A DNA stretch of 63,968 bases, the filler included, from Klebsormidium nitens (lineage: Eukaryota; Plantae; Klebsormidiophyceae), in NCBI GenBank assembly GCA_000708835.1. It is 7 parts of 7 records of this genome, joined end to end, with 100 filler letters (N's around TTAATTAATTAA, not from the genome) between each part and the next. Parts side by side here need not be neighbours in the genome. Positions count along the whole stretch, not along the records: positions 62,606 to 63,968 come from DF237237.1; 6 more parts are not named here. One strand, written 5' to 3'. Shown here piece after piece: positions 63,847 through 63,968 of the stretch. Position numbers and translations under genes: made by a program. Within the stretch, counting starts at the first letter, position 1; the number at the start of each line of letters is the position of its first letter. Below the pieces are notes generated by a model. That model ran no database searches. It worked only from the letters and a program-made list of their open reading frames with translations, and was not told the DNA's origin.

Positions 63847-63968
63847 GTGTGACGATTCGAGTCTATGAATCTTCATATCGAACTCGTCCCAGTATATTGT
63901 CCGCGCGCGTATGGCGTATCTGCTATCTGCTTTGCTCGATATCGTATACTGAGTCGCGCTACTTATCT

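Overview
This window is eukaryotic, intron-rich plant-lineage DNA. Gene content and splice-site style suggest a streptophyte alga such as Klebsormidium, but that is an inference. It is not one contiguous locus: six artificial 100-nt spacers (N44-TTAATTAATTAA-N44) join seven scaffolds at 1-27378, 27479-30529, 30630-50165, 50266-55005, 55106-59506, 59607-62505 and 62606-63968, so gene neighbourhoods only mean something within a scaffold. Conserved host genes are a LEA-type protein, a PTEN-like phosphatase, UTP13/TBL3, an F-box/WD40 protein, PRKRIP1, API5, eIF3c, a UBAC1/KPC2-like UBL-UBA-UBA protein and a U-box ligase. Mobile or foreign DNA includes a spliced SWIM-CxC-KDZ transposase that appears broken by a 13-bp duplication, a Plavaka-like transposase fragment, one hAT-type MITE, two copies of a TA-target MITE, and giant-virus (NCLDV)-like sequence (an A32 packaging ATPase remnant and a compact intronless viral-type block). 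The most novel-looking item is a 3-kb scaffold carrying a divergent SUMO-like ORF ending HQTGG-stop, head-to-head with an SP-RING (SUMO E3-type) gene that has a PWWP-like tail. All domain calls are motif recognition by eye; no database search was run.
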